Source: Acidobacteriota bacterium (lineage in GTDB: Bacteria; Acidobacteriota; Terriglobia; 2-12-FULL-54-10). Taken from it: a DNA stretch of 64,000 nt. The stretch spans positions 7,960 to 71,959 of the forward strand of contig SHUM01000009.1 in NCBI GenBank assembly GCA_009691245.1, in the 5' to 3' direction. Positions 1 through 10,461 of this stretch are shown piece after piece. Positions within the stretch are counted from its first letter, which is position 1; every line of letters begins with the position of its first letter. The position numbers and the translations under genes were made by a program. The notes below the pieces were generated by a model, which made no database searches, had not been told where the DNA came from, and saw only the letters and a list, made by a program, of their open reading frames with translations.

Positions 1-103
1 CCAAGTCTCAGGCTACGGGTTGCCATTCCCTTTTGTCAACCTCTCAAGTATCCTGAGGGTATTTGAGCTTCATGCCGCATACTTACGAACAGAGGAGACC
101 AAC

Positions 104-1000
104 ATGCGTATCGCGGTTACAGGTTCGACGGGACTAGTGGGCTCAGCGTTGGTGGAGGCGTTGGGAGCCGCTGGCCATACGGTGTCGCGCGTGATGCGCG
201 ATCAGCGCAAGCTGGGCGCGGGCGATGTGTTCTGGAATCCCGACACGGCCTACGTGGACACGCCGGCGCTCAATGGCGCCGATGCCATTGTACACTTGGC
301 CGGCGAGACTATCTCTGAGCGATGGACGCCGGCGCAGAAAGAGATCATTCACGGCAGCCGTCTGCGCGGAACGCAATTGATCGCCGAGGCCGCGCGCGCG
401 ATGTTCCATCCACCACAGGTGCTGGTGAGCGCGTCGGCGACTGGCTGGTATGGTGATCGCGGCGACGAGGTGCTGCGCGAGGATTCGAAGCCCGGCAAGG
501 GATATCTCGCCGATGTCTGCCGCGACTGGGAGACGGCGACGGAAGTGGCGTCGCGCGCCGGGATACGCGTCGTACACGTGCGTACCGGAATTGTACTCAG
601 CGCCAAGGGCGGCGCGCTCAAGAAGATGCTCACGCCATTTCGCTTGGGGCTAGGCGGCAAGATCGGATCGGGCCGCCAGTACATGAGTTGGATTGCGCTT
701 GATGACACGGTCGGAGCGATATTGCATGCTATCAATACAGTGTCGTTAAAGGGTGCGGTGAATGTAGTGGCGCCTGCGCCGGTTACCAATTTGCAGTTTA
801 CGAAAGCGCTGGGCAAGGTGCTGGGCCGGCCGACGATTGCTCCGCTGCCGGCGTTCGTGGTGAAGATGGTCTTCGGCGAGATGGGCGAGGAGTTACTGCT
901 TGGCAGTCAGCGCGTCGAGCCGGCGCAGTTGCTGGCAGCTGGCTTCCGCTTCCGTTATACGGAGATCGAAGGCGCGCTGCGCCGCGCGCTGATTGCCTAA
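104..1000 (+). CDS. TIGR01777/YfcH-like NAD-dependent epimerase/dehydratase family protein (SDR39U1-like)
   Basis: N-terminal Rossmann motif MRIAVTGSTGLVGSAL and overall YfcH/DUF1731 architecture. Start moved to the ATG at 104 (AGAGGAG RBS upstream) inside ORF 20..1000. Confidence 0.8.
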   Translation: MRIAVTGSTGLVGSALVEALGAAGHTVSRVMRDQRKLGAGDVFWNPDTAYVDTPALNGADAIVHLAGETISERWTPAQKEIIHGSRLRGTQLIAEAARAMFHPPQVLVSASATGWYGDRGDEVLREDSKPGKGYLADVCRDWETATEVASRAGIRVVHVRTGIVLSAKGGALKKMLTPFRLGLGGKIGSGRQYMSWIALDDTVGAILHAINTVSLKGAVNVVAPAPVTNLQFTKALGKVLGRPTIAPLPAFVVKMVFGEMGEELLLGSQRVEPAQLLAAGFRFRYTEIEGALRRALIA

Positions 1001-1130
1001 CTGGTCGCCTAATGAGACGCGCCTGCTCTGCGCGCCTCGCGTTTCGGTGCATGGTTCCGTGCTACAATAACCGCTTTGAGCCTGGTATCAGATTTGCACT
1101 ATGCGGCAGCGCCGGTGGACGAGAATCGGT

Positions 1131-1280
1131 ATGGACAACTTCACCTTCGGACTAACACTTACCATCCTGGGCATGTCGGGGACGCTCATCAGCTTGTGGT
1201 TGTTGAGCCTGCTCATTTCGGGACTGAAGAAGATTTACCCGATCGAAGCGCCCGCACCCGCTGCGGGTAAGGAGAAATAG
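1131..1280 (+). CDS. small membrane protein, OadG-like gamma subunit of Na+-translocating decarboxylase
   Basis: 49-aa ORF MDNFTFGLTLTILGMSGTLISLWLLSLLISGLKKIYPIEAPAPAAGKEK. It has one TM helix and a Pro/Ala-rich tail and sits immediately upstream of the beta-subunit gene. It is not in the ORF track because it is under 60 aa. Confidence 0.55.
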   Translation: MDNFTFGLTLTILGMSGTLISLWLLSLLISGLKKIYPIEAPAPAAGKEK

Positions 1281-1285
1281 ACAGC

Positions 1286-2428
1286 GTGCTTTGGGATGCC
1301 ATAATCGCCGGGTTGCAAGGGATGGTCGCGGGGACCGCGCAATTCACGTTGCAGCATTGGATCATGATTGCCATCGGCTGCGTCATGATGTGGCTCGGAG
1401 TGGCCAAAAATCTGGAGCCGCTACTGCTGGTGCCCATCGGCTTCGGCGCGATCCTGGTGAATGTTCCCGGCACCGGTCTGATGGAAGGCCACGGATTTTT
1501 GAAGGCTCTGTACGACGCGGGCATCATTACTGAGCTCTTTCCCATCCTTATATTCATTGGCATTGGAGCGATGACGGACTTTGGTCCGCTGCTGGAGAAC
1601 CCGCGCATTCTGCTATTCGGAGCAGCGGGGCAGTTCGGAATTTTCCTGACGCTGCTGCTCGCGCTGGGCCTGGGATTCACGCAGTTGGAGGCACTGGCTA
1701 TCGGCATCATCGGCGCATGCGACGGGCCGACGGCGATCTATGTAACAACCAACTACGCGCCTCATCTGCTGGGTTCGGTCTCGGTCGCGGCTTATTCCTA
1801 CATGGCGCTGGTGCCGATTCTGCAGCCGCCGATCATGCGCGCGCTGACCACCGACGCAGAGCGCCGGATCGTCATGCCCACCGTCAAGCGCTCGGTTTCA
1901 AAGACCACGAAGCTGGTATTTCCGATTTTGGTTACTGGATTCACGGCGGTGATCGCACCGCTGGGTACGCCGCTGATGGGCATGCTGATGCTCGGCAATC
2001 TCTTCCGCGAAGTAGGCGGCCTGGATCGTCTCGCCAAGACCGCGTCGAATGAGCTGGGCAACATCGTAACACTGCTGCTGGGTCTGACCATTGGAGCCAC
2101 GATGCAGGCCGAGCAATTTTTGAATATCAAGACACTGGGGATTTTCGCTCTGGGCCTGATCGCCATCTCGCTTGACACCGTAATGGGCGTACTCTTCGGC
2201 AAGTTGATGTGTCTGCTAACTGGGGGGAAAGTAAACCCTCTGATCGGTGCCGCAGGCATCTCGGCGCTGCCGATGGCGGCTCGCGTGGTGCAGAATGAGG
2301 GTCAGCGCTACAACAAGAAAAATCATCTCCTGATGCACGCCATGGGAGCCAACACCGGAGGGCAAGTCGGCTCGATCATGGCCGCGGCTATCATGCTTTC
2401 CATTGTGAATGCCCTCGGCATTAATTAA
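1286..2428 (+). CDS. sodium ion-translocating decarboxylase beta subunit (OadB/GcdB/MmdB family)
   Basis: The polytopic membrane protein has conserved OadB-type blocks (GIITELFPILIFIGIGAMTDFGPLL, NLFREVGGLDRLAKTASNELGNIVTLLLG). There is a GGAG RBS before the GTG start. Confidence 0.85.
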   Translation: MLWDAIIAGLQGMVAGTAQFTLQHWIMIAIGCVMMWLGVAKNLEPLLLVPIGFGAILVNVPGTGLMEGHGFLKALYDAGIITELFPILIFIGIGAMTDFGPLLENPRILLFGAAGQFGIFLTLLLALGLGFTQLEALAIGIIGACDGPTAIYVTTNYAPHLLGSVSVAAYSYMALVPILQPPIMRALTTDAERRIVMPTVKRSVSKTTKLVFPILVTGFTAVIAPLGTPLMGMLMLGNLFREVGGLDRLAKTASNELGNIVTLLLGLTIGATMQAEQFLNIKTLGIFALGLIAISLDTVMGVLFGKLMCLLTGGKVNPLIGAAGISALPMAARVVQNEGQRYNKKNHLLMHAMGANTGGQVGSIMAAAIMLSIVNALGIN

Positions 2429-2570
2429 TTTTTTATCGCTATCCAATCGATATGAAATTCTGCAAATTTCCCCAAACTATTAACGTAATAATATTGTTTT
2501 CTTATCGTTAAACATTAGTATATTACGCTCATATTAATTATATGGATGACACTAATTGACGACTTTTCTC

Positions 2571-2600
2571 TTGACAAAGCCACTGCGCGCTTAATATACT
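2571..2600 (+). promoter_or_regulatory. sigma70-type promoter of groESL (-35 TTGACA, 17-18 nt spacer, -10 TATACT)
   Basis: TTGACA at 2571-2576 and TATACT at 2595-2600 lie in an AT-rich leader upstream of groES and overlap the CIRCE operator. Confidence 0.5.
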
Positions 2601-2625
2601 GGCACTCGTCTGCGCTGAGTGCTAA
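2599..2625 (+). promoter_or_regulatory. CIRCE inverted repeat (HrcA operator)
   Basis: cTgGCACTC-N9-GAGTGCTAA against consensus TTAGCACTC-N9-GAGTGCTAA. The right half is perfect, the left half has 2 mismatches, and the spacer is exactly 9 nt. It sits upstream of groES. Confidence 0.7.
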
Positions 2626-2904
2626 TTAAAGTGAGTACTCTGATATCCGGTTCGCTTGAACTGGCATGTCAGCAGAAGTTTTCAAGGCGAAGGAGCACCA
2701 CCAAAGATTTTAGTCCGCCTGTGGTTCAAGGCGTAACCCCGATAACAAATTGTTGATTGGCGATGCTGCGATTGAGGGCATGGAAGCAAAGGTGCCTATC
2801 CGTGGTCTGCGCCGCAGAGCCGGTTGGCGAAAATTGAGTTTGAAATGAGCTGACTGGATTTCAGTCAGTACGTGAGCAAGCAAAGAGCGAAAGGAGCAAG
2901 GCTA

Positions 2905-3210
2905 ATGGCAATAAAGATTCGTCCCCTGCAGGACCGTGTCGTAGTCCGCAGACTAGAAGAGAAGGAACAGATCAAGGGTGGGATTGTCATCCCGGACTCG
3001 GCGAAAGAGAAGCCCCAGGAGGGTGAAGTTCTCGCCGTGGGCGATGGCAAAATCCTCAACACGGGCACGCGCGTGGCCATGGACGTGAAAGTCGGCGACC
3101 GCATCCTGTTCGGCAAGTACTCCGGCTCGGAAATCAAGTTGGATGGCGAAGAACTGCTCATCATGCGCGAAGAAGATATTCTTGGCATCCTGAACACCGG
3201 CAAGAAATAG
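2905..3210 (+). CDS. groES: co-chaperonin GroES
   Basis: [46 protein letters not shown]... is canonical Cpn10. An AAGGAG RBS precedes the ATG at 2905, which is internal to ORF 2872..3210. Confidence 0.95.
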   Translation: MAIKIRPLQDRVVVRRLEEKEQIKGGIVIPDSAKEKPQEGEVLAVGDGKILNTGTRVAMDVKVGDRILFGKYSGSEIKLDGEELLIMREEDILGILNTGKK

Positions 3211-3288
3211 TGAACGTATCGCGAAGCCCGGTGGCTTCATTTAAGCCGAGTGATCGCCTAAATCAAAACGTATTGATTCAGATACTAA

Positions 3289-4956
<1,668 letters not shown>

Positions 4957-5020
4957 GACTGCGTCCAGCCTCGCCTCGCTCACGATGGTCGCTCCGCGGT
5001 ACGCTGTGGAGAACAACGAT

Positions 5021-5053
5021 GTCATCTTGAGTGCAGCGAAGGACCTGCTGTCC
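5021..5053. repeat. HPERSEG-type dispersed repeat motif (gtcatcytgagygcagcgaagga)
   Basis: GTCATCTTGAGTGCAGCGAAGGACCTG lies in the groEL 3' UTR. A related copy (GTCATCCTGAGCGCAGC) is at 63121. The motif is a widespread small intergenic repeat in soil bacteria (it translates as VILSEAKDL or HPERSEGS). Confidence 0.4.
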
Positions 5054-5071
5054 AATTCGATGATTACTATG

Positions 5072-5102
5072 GCCCGGACAGTTATGCTGTCCGGGCTTTT
5101 TT
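5072..5102 (+). terminator. rho-independent terminator of groESL
   Basis: Hairpin CCCGGACAG-ttatg-CTGTCCGGG followed by TTTTTTG. Confidence 0.6.
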
Positions 5103-5174
5103 GCTTCCGCAGTTCCTTCTTGAAATTGTTATAGTGAGCTTGCTGTTCCTGTCCTAAGCCGCTTCTTCGGAATC

Positions 5175-5401
5175 GTGATTTATATGAATTTTCGGGATCA
5201 CGAGCCCGGCCATTTTCACGCGGAATACGGTGAGTTTGAAATCATAGTGGAAATTTCGAGCGGGAAAGTTGTCGGGAAGTTTCCCGCCGAGCATTGAACA
5301 TGGTGATGGAGTGGCACGCGCTTCACAGAAGCGAATTAGCTGACGATTGGCAACGGGCACGGCAACAGCAGGCCTTGAAGCCCATCCAGCCTTTGGAGTA
5401 G
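5175..5401 (+). pseudogene. DUF4160 family gene, disrupted by a -1 frameshift in a CCC run (about 5283-5285)
   Basis: Frame 1 gives (V)IYMNFRDHEPGHFHAEYGEFEIIVEISSGKVVGKFP, the DUF4160 N-terminal motif. Frame 2 continues RRALNMVMEWHALHRSELADDWQRARQQQALKPIQPLE*, the conserved DUF4160 C-terminus. Adding one C restores a single ORF of about 75 aa. Confidence 0.6.
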
Positions 5402-5405
5402 GACC

Positions 5406-5645
5406 ATGATTCTACATGTAGAGGAAGCCCGGTACGTCTAGGATTACACAGTCTGGTTGCGCTTCAATGACGGAAGCAGCGGTGAGGTTGATCTCTCTGG
5501 CGAGTTGTGGGGCGAAGTCTTCGAGCCTCTCCGCGATGTTGAGTACTTCAAGCGATTCTCCCTCTTCATGCACACGCTCGCCTGGGAAAATGGCGCAGAT
5601 ATCGCGCCAGAGTTTCTGCGCGCTCATCTTCGCGTTACCGCCTGA
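5406..5645 (+). pseudogene. DUF2442 family gene with in-frame TAG at 5439-5441 (partner of the DUF4160 gene)
   Basis: The reading is ATG MILHVEEARYV-TAG-DYTVWLRFNDGSSGEVDLSGELWGEVFEPLRDVEYF...LAWENGADIAPEFL. It matches DUF2442 on both sides of the stop. There is a GGAG RBS, and the gene starts 4 nt after the DUF4160 stop. Confidence 0.6.
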
Positions 5646-5969
5646 GGTTACACTCCCACGCCGGCAGTCCAAAGTTAAGCCCCCGGACTCTCAGAGGACT
5701 GGAAGCCCTTCCCGATCGCTGTTCAGCCGGTTGAACATGACCCATTTTCGGGACCGCGCGGCCCGTTGATTTTGCTTATTTTGCGGGCCTATACTTGATT
5801 ATTGAGAGCAATGACCCGATGTAATTCATAGCTCAAGGAACTCTGTTGCCGGCGGCCTGACCATCACTTCGAGGAAACCAGTACGGCGATTGATTGAGAA
5901 TCCCTGCGCGGGGCTGGTTCTGCTTGCGCGCCCAAATTAGAGAACGTCGATTGAGGACGAAGGAGTCCA

Positions 5970-7808
5970 ATGGCCACGATTGAAACTGCTGCTCCCCGCA
6001 GCGCTGATTCCACGACGAAGCGCATCATGAATGACATGAGCCTTCAGATCGCCACGGTGAACGGCTCGGGCAGCCAGACCGCCAACACCATTTTGTTGCG
6101 GTCCATTTTCCAGATGGGCATCCCCATCTCGGGCAAGAATATTTTTCCGTCGAACATCGCCGGTCTGCCGACGTGGTACACCATCCGCGCCAACGCGCAT
6201 GGTTACGTCGCGCGCAAGAAGGAGATCGACTTCCTGATTGCGATGAATGCCGAGACCGCCATCGATGACGTGAAGGGTCTGCTGCCGGGCGCGGGCGTTG
6301 TTTATGACGAAGTGTTGAACCTGAAGGCCCTGCGCAACGACCTGGATTTTTATCCCGTTCCGTTCGACAAGTTGGTTACGCCGGTTTGTCCCGACGCGCG
6401 GCTGCGACGACTAGTCCGCAACATGATTTACGTGGGCGTCGTGGCGTACTTGCTCGACATCGATCTCGCCGAGGCCGAGAAGGCCATGCAAAAGCAGCTC
6501 GGCTCCAAGCCCAAGGCGTTGTCGCTAAACTGGAACGCCATCAACGCCGGCGTACAGTACGCCGCCGAGAAATTCCCGAAGTCGGCGAAGTTTGGTCTGG
6601 AGCGCATGAACAAGACCGCGGGGAAAATTCTGATTGACGGCAATACCGCCGCCGCCGTCGGATGCCTGTTCGCGGGCGTTACGGTGCTGGCCTGGTACCC
6701 CATCACTCCGTCGTCCTCGCTGGCCGAGGCGCTGATTGAATATCTGAAGGACTACCGCATCGACAAGGAGACCGGCAAGGCGACCTTCGCCGTGGTGCAG
6801 GCCGAAGACGAGCTGGCCTCGGTGGGCATGACGGTTGGCGCGGCCTGGGCAGGCGCGCGGGCCATGACCACCACGTCGGGTCCCGGCATCTCGCTGATGA
6901 GCGAATTCACGGGCTTGGCCTACTACGCGGAGATTCCCATCGTCATCTTCAACATTCAGCGCACCGGGCCCTCCACAGGCCTGCCAACGCGCACCATGCA
7001 GGCCGACATCCTGGCCACGGCGTTTCTTTCGCACGGCGACACCTCGCACCTCCTGCTGTTCCCCTATTCCGTGGAAGAGTGCTACCGCATGGCCATGGAG
7101 GCGTTCGATCTGGCCGAGCAGTTCCAGACTCCCGTGTTTGTGATGAGCGACCTGGACATCGGCATGAACAATTGGATGTCGGACCCGTTCATCTATCCGG
7201 ACAAGCCCATCAATCGCGGCAAGGTACTCAACGCGGAAGAGCTGGAGAAGATCGGCAAGTTCGAGCGATACCGCGACGTGGACGGCGACGGCATTCCCTA
7301 TCGCACGATACCGGGCACGCATCATCCGCTGGCCAGCTACTTCACGCGCGGCTCCGGCCACAACGAGAAGGCGCTCTACAGCGAGAAGCCCGAAGACTAC
7401 AAGAACAACATGGACCGCATCAAGCGCAAGCATGAGACGGCCCGTGGCGTGATCTCGCCGCCGCTGCTGGAGTCCGACGCCAATGCCGAGATCGGCCTGA
7501 TCGCCTTCGGCAGCACGCATTGGGCGATCATCGAGTCGCGCGACCAACTGCGCGATGAGCAGAACATCCCCACCGCGTATCTGCGCCTGCGGGCCTATCC
7601 GTTAAGCCCGGAGATCAAGGAATTTGTGAAGAAGTATAAGCGCGTCTACGTCGTCGAGCAGAACCGCGACGGACAGATGCGCGATCTGATTCGCTTGGAA
7701 GTCGGCAAGTACGCCGAAAAAGTTCGCAGCGTGCGGCACTATACAGGCTTCCCGATTGATGCCCGCACTATCACCGACGAAATTCTTGCACAGGAGATCG
7801 CAGGCTAA
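5970..7808 (+). CDS. korA: 2-oxoacid:ferredoxin oxidoreductase alpha subunit (fused gamma-alpha, KorA-type)
   Basis: 612 aa with an N-terminal gamma-like domain (NGSGSQTANTILLRSIFQMGIP) and a pyruvate/2-oxoglutarate:ferredoxin oxidoreductase alpha core. GAAGGAG RBS. Confidence 0.9.
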   Translation: MATIETAAPRSADSTTKRIMNDMSLQIATVNGSGSQTANTILLRSIFQMGIPISGKNIFPSNIAGLPTWYTIRANAHGYVARKKEIDFLIAMNAETAIDDVKGLLPGAGVVYDEVLNLKALRNDLDFYPVPFDKLVTPVCPDARLRRLVRNMIYVGVVAYLLDIDLAEAEKAMQKQLGSKPKALSLNWNAINAGVQYAAEKFPKSAKFGLERMNKTAGKILIDGNTAAAVGCLFAGVTVLAWYPITPSSSLAEALIEYLKDYRIDKETGKATFAVVQAEDELASVGMTVGAAWAGARAMTTTSGPGISLMSEFTGLAYYAEIPIVIFNIQRTGPSTGLPTRTMQADILATAFLSHGDTSHLLLFPYSVEECYRMAMEAFDLAEQFQTPVFVMSDLDIGMNNWMSDPFIYPDKPINRGKVLNAEELEKIGKFERYRDVDGDGIPYRTIPGTHHPLASYFTRGSGHNEKALYSEKPEDYKNNMDRIKRKHETARGVISPPLLESDANAEIGLIAFGSTHWAIIESRDQLRDEQNIPTAYLRLRAYPLSPEIKEFVKKYKRVYVVEQNRDGQMRDLIRLEVGKYAEKVRSVRHYTGFPIDARTITDEILAQEIAG

Positions 7809-7809
7809 T

Positions 7810-8862
7810 ATGGCAACCACGGCACAACCTCCAGCACCAGCAGCAAAGCTCAACCGCATCGGCCTTGAGCTGGCCACGTACCGCGGCGGCAAGACCACGC
7901 TATGCGCCGGCTGCGGCCACAACGTCATTACCGAACGCATCATCGAATCGTTCTGGGAGATGGGCGTCGATCCCTATCAAGTGGTCAAGCTCAGCGGCAT
8001 CGGTTGCTCGAGCAAGGCGCCCGCTTATTTCCTGAGCAGCTCGCATGGCTTCAACGCGGTCCACGGGCGCATGCCTTCGGTGGCGACGGGCACGATGCTG
8101 GCGAACAAAACGCTGAAGGCCATCGGCATCTCCGGCGACGGCGACACGGCGTCGATCGGCATGGGCCAATTTGTTCACCTGATGCGCCGCAATGTGCCGC
8201 TGATCTATGTCATCGAAGACAACGGCGTTTATGGTTTGACGAAGGGACAGTTCTCCGCCACCGCTGATAGGGGCTCACGTCAGAAGAACGGCGTGATCAA
8301 TGATCTGCCGGCCATCGACACCTGCGTGATGGCCATCGAGCTGGGCGCAACGCTGGTGGCGCGTTCGTTTTCCGGCGACAAGAAGCAGCTTTCGGCCATC
8401 ATGAAGGCGGCCATCGCCCATCAGGGCACCTCGATGCTGGACATCATTTCCCCCTGCGTAACCTTCAACGATCATCAGGGCTCCACCAAGAGCTACGAAT
8501 ACATGAAGGATCACGACGAGCCGCTGCACGAAATCGACTTTGTGCCGTTCTTCCAAAACATCGAAGTGAATTACGATCCAGGGGAGACCCAGGACGTGCA
8601 GATGCACGACGGCTCCATGCTGCGCCTGCGCAAGCTCGACAACGCCAGCTACGACGCCACCAACAAGAACGCCGCGCTGCGCGCCATCGAAGAAGCCCAT
8701 TCACGCGGCGAAGTGCTCACCGGCGTACTCTACGTGAACCCCAAGGGCGAGAACTTCCACGATCTGCTCAATCTGGTGGATCAGCCGTTGGCCACGCTGC
8801 CGCTCTCGATCACGCGTCCGCCCAAGTCGGCGCTGGACGAGATCATGGAAGAGTTGCGGTAA
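7810..8862 (+). CDS. korB: 2-oxoacid:ferredoxin oxidoreductase beta subunit (TPP-binding, KorB-type)
   Basis: CAGCGHNVI..., GIGCSS and a GDGD...IGMGQFVH thiamine-diphosphate motif. The ATG at 7810 is 1 nt after the korA stop. Confidence 0.9.
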   Translation: MATTAQPPAPAAKLNRIGLELATYRGGKTTLCAGCGHNVITERIIESFWEMGVDPYQVVKLSGIGCSSKAPAYFLSSSHGFNAVHGRMPSVATGTMLANKTLKAIGISGDGDTASIGMGQFVHLMRRNVPLIYVIEDNGVYGLTKGQFSATADRGSRQKNGVINDLPAIDTCVMAIELGATLVARSFSGDKKQLSAIMKAAIAHQGTSMLDIISPCVTFNDHQGSTKSYEYMKDHDEPLHEIDFVPFFQNIEVNYDPGETQDVQMHDGSMLRLRKLDNASYDATNKNAALRAIEEAHSRGEVLTGVLYVNPKGENFHDLLNLVDQPLATLPLSITRPPKSALDEIMEELR

Positions 8863-8897
8863 AACTGGCTGGAAAAATTTTAGCCGAAATATCCATT

Positions 8898-8926
8898 AGG
8901 CCCCCAACATTAAGGGGGCCTTTTTT
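8898..8926 (+). terminator. rho-independent terminator after korB
   Basis: GGCCCCC-aacattaa-GGGGGCC hairpin followed by TTTTTTG. Confidence 0.6.
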
Positions 8927-9062
8927 GCCAGATTCAGATAAAGTCTGTTAGCCTGTTGGCAATTCTTCATCCAGGCTGGGGAGCATTTCCAGGATGAAAA
9001 AGTTTTGTGGGTTGATAGTTGATCAAGAGTAATTACATCTAGTCAGAACGGGGAAAATACAA

Positions 9063-10388
9063 ATGAAGAACATTCGATCACACGTGCGCGTGTGCGCAAT
9101 CGGAGTTTGCTTGCTGGCCATTCCCATTTACATCGCGGCCCGCTCGGGAGGACCACCTTCCGGCGTAACCGGGGGATTTGGAGAGGGCAATTGTACGCAA
9201 TGCCACCGGACGAATCCTCTAAATACCGGGACGGGTTCGATAGTCATCACGGGACCAGCTACTTACCTGCCGGGAACAACCTATCCGATTCGTGTAACAG
9301 TTGCCAACCCCAACCCGGAGTCGCAACGCTGGGGATTCGAGTTGAGCACACGGAACCAGTCAGGGCAGCAGGCTGGAAGACTCCTTCCGGGAGGGGATGG
9401 CTATACTCAACTGCTTCCGGAATTGAATGGAATTCAGTATATCTCCCACACGGAAGTTGGCACACGGTTTGGAACACCCGCGGGAGTGAATTTTGATTTT
9501 CTGTGGCAGTCGCCTGCGTCTGCGGATGGTGCTTTGCAATTCCACGCCGCAGGCAATACCGCCAATGGAAGCACGAATAATACCGGCGATTTCATCTACA
9601 CAACTTCATTCAGCCCATCGCCCCGGACCGCGCCCATACCGGTGCCGGTGCTGCCGGCAAATGGAGTGGTTAATGGCGCCAGCTTTGCCCCCGGCACAGT
9701 GGCGGTTGCGCCGGGCTCCATCGTGGCCGTATTCGGCTCGAATCTTTCGGACGGAGGCACGCTGCTTTCCTCCGCCTTCGATGCTAACGGGCGGCAGGTC
9801 ACCGGTCTATTGGGAGCACGCGCCACCGTTGGCGGAGTTGCGGCTCCGATGTTCTATACGACTGGAGGACAATTGGGAATTCAGATTCCCACGGAGGTTT
9901 CCGGAACCAGCACAACGATTCAGATCTCCGTCGGCGGTGAGACCAGTGCAACGCGCACCATCGCACTTGAGCCAGCCGCTCCCGGAATTTTTACGACCAA
10001 TAGCCAGGGAAGCGGTCAGGGCGTGATTGTGCTGGCAACGGGCGGAGGAATCGCGGCGGCGGTGGGATCAATTAGCGGGGTTACGTCGCGGCCCGCGCGC
10101 CCGGGCGAGGACATCACGATATTCGCTACCGGCTTGGGGCAAACCAATCCGGTTGTGCCCACCGGGGCAAGGCCCACGACACTGACTCGAACGGTCGCCA
10201 CTCCCACGGTAATGATCGACGGCATGGCCGCGGATGTTTCGTTTTCCGGGCTATCGGATTGCTGTGTGGGACTGAACCAAATCAACGTGCGCGTGCCCGC
10301 CAATACGCGCACCGGCAACACTATTCCGGTGGTGCTTACCATCAGCGGGAAGCAGAGCAATTCCGTCACCATAGCAGTCGGGAACTAA
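9063..10388 (+). CDS. secreted protein with N-terminal CxxCH motif domain and TIGR03437-like (Solibacter-type) C-terminal Ig-like domain
   Basis: Signal peptide MKNIRSHVRVCAIGVCLLAIPIYIAA. A single c-type heme-binding motif CTQCH sits near the N-terminus. The C-terminal region (GASFAPGTVAVAPGSIVAVFGSNL...GLNQINVRVP) resembles the TIGR03437 Solibacter C-terminal domain. Confidence 0.6.
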   Translation: MKNIRSHVRVCAIGVCLLAIPIYIAARSGGPPSGVTGGFGEGNCTQCHRTNPLNTGTGSIVITGPATYLPGTTYPIRVTVANPNPESQRWGFELSTRNQSGQQAGRLLPGGDGYTQLLPELNGIQYISHTEVGTRFGTPAGVNFDFLWQSPASADGALQFHAAGNTANGSTNNTGDFIYTTSFSPSPRTAPIPVPVLPANGVVNGASFAPGTVAVAPGSIVAVFGSNLSDGGTLLSSAFDANGRQVTGLLGARATVGGVAAPMFYTTGGQLGIQIPTEVSGTSTTIQISVGGETSATRTIALEPAAPGIFTTNSQGSGQGVIVLATGGGIAAAVGSISGVTSRPARPGEDITIFATGLGQTNPVVPTGARPTTLTRTVATPTVMIDGMAADVSFSGLSDCCVGLNQINVRVPANTRTGNTIPVVLTISGKQSNSVTIAVGN

Positions 10389-10461
10389 ACTCGACAGTCA
10401 TCAGTCATGCGGTGCAGAACCTTTGCACCGCAATTTTTTTGTCCCAAGGAAGTGATTGGAA

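Noticed and set aside
1076-1270. 64-aa ORF (TTG start) overlapping the oadG-like gene in another frame
   Set aside because: The alternative frame gives a hydrophobic OadG-like 49-aa product with an ATG start that is positioned directly before oadB, while this frame has no features.
2640-2904. long (about 300 nt) groES leader as a possible additional regulatory RNA or second CIRCE
   Set aside because: There is no second CIRCE copy or recognisable riboswitch-like conserved blocks. It is probably just a long 5' UTR, and RNA-seq would be needed.
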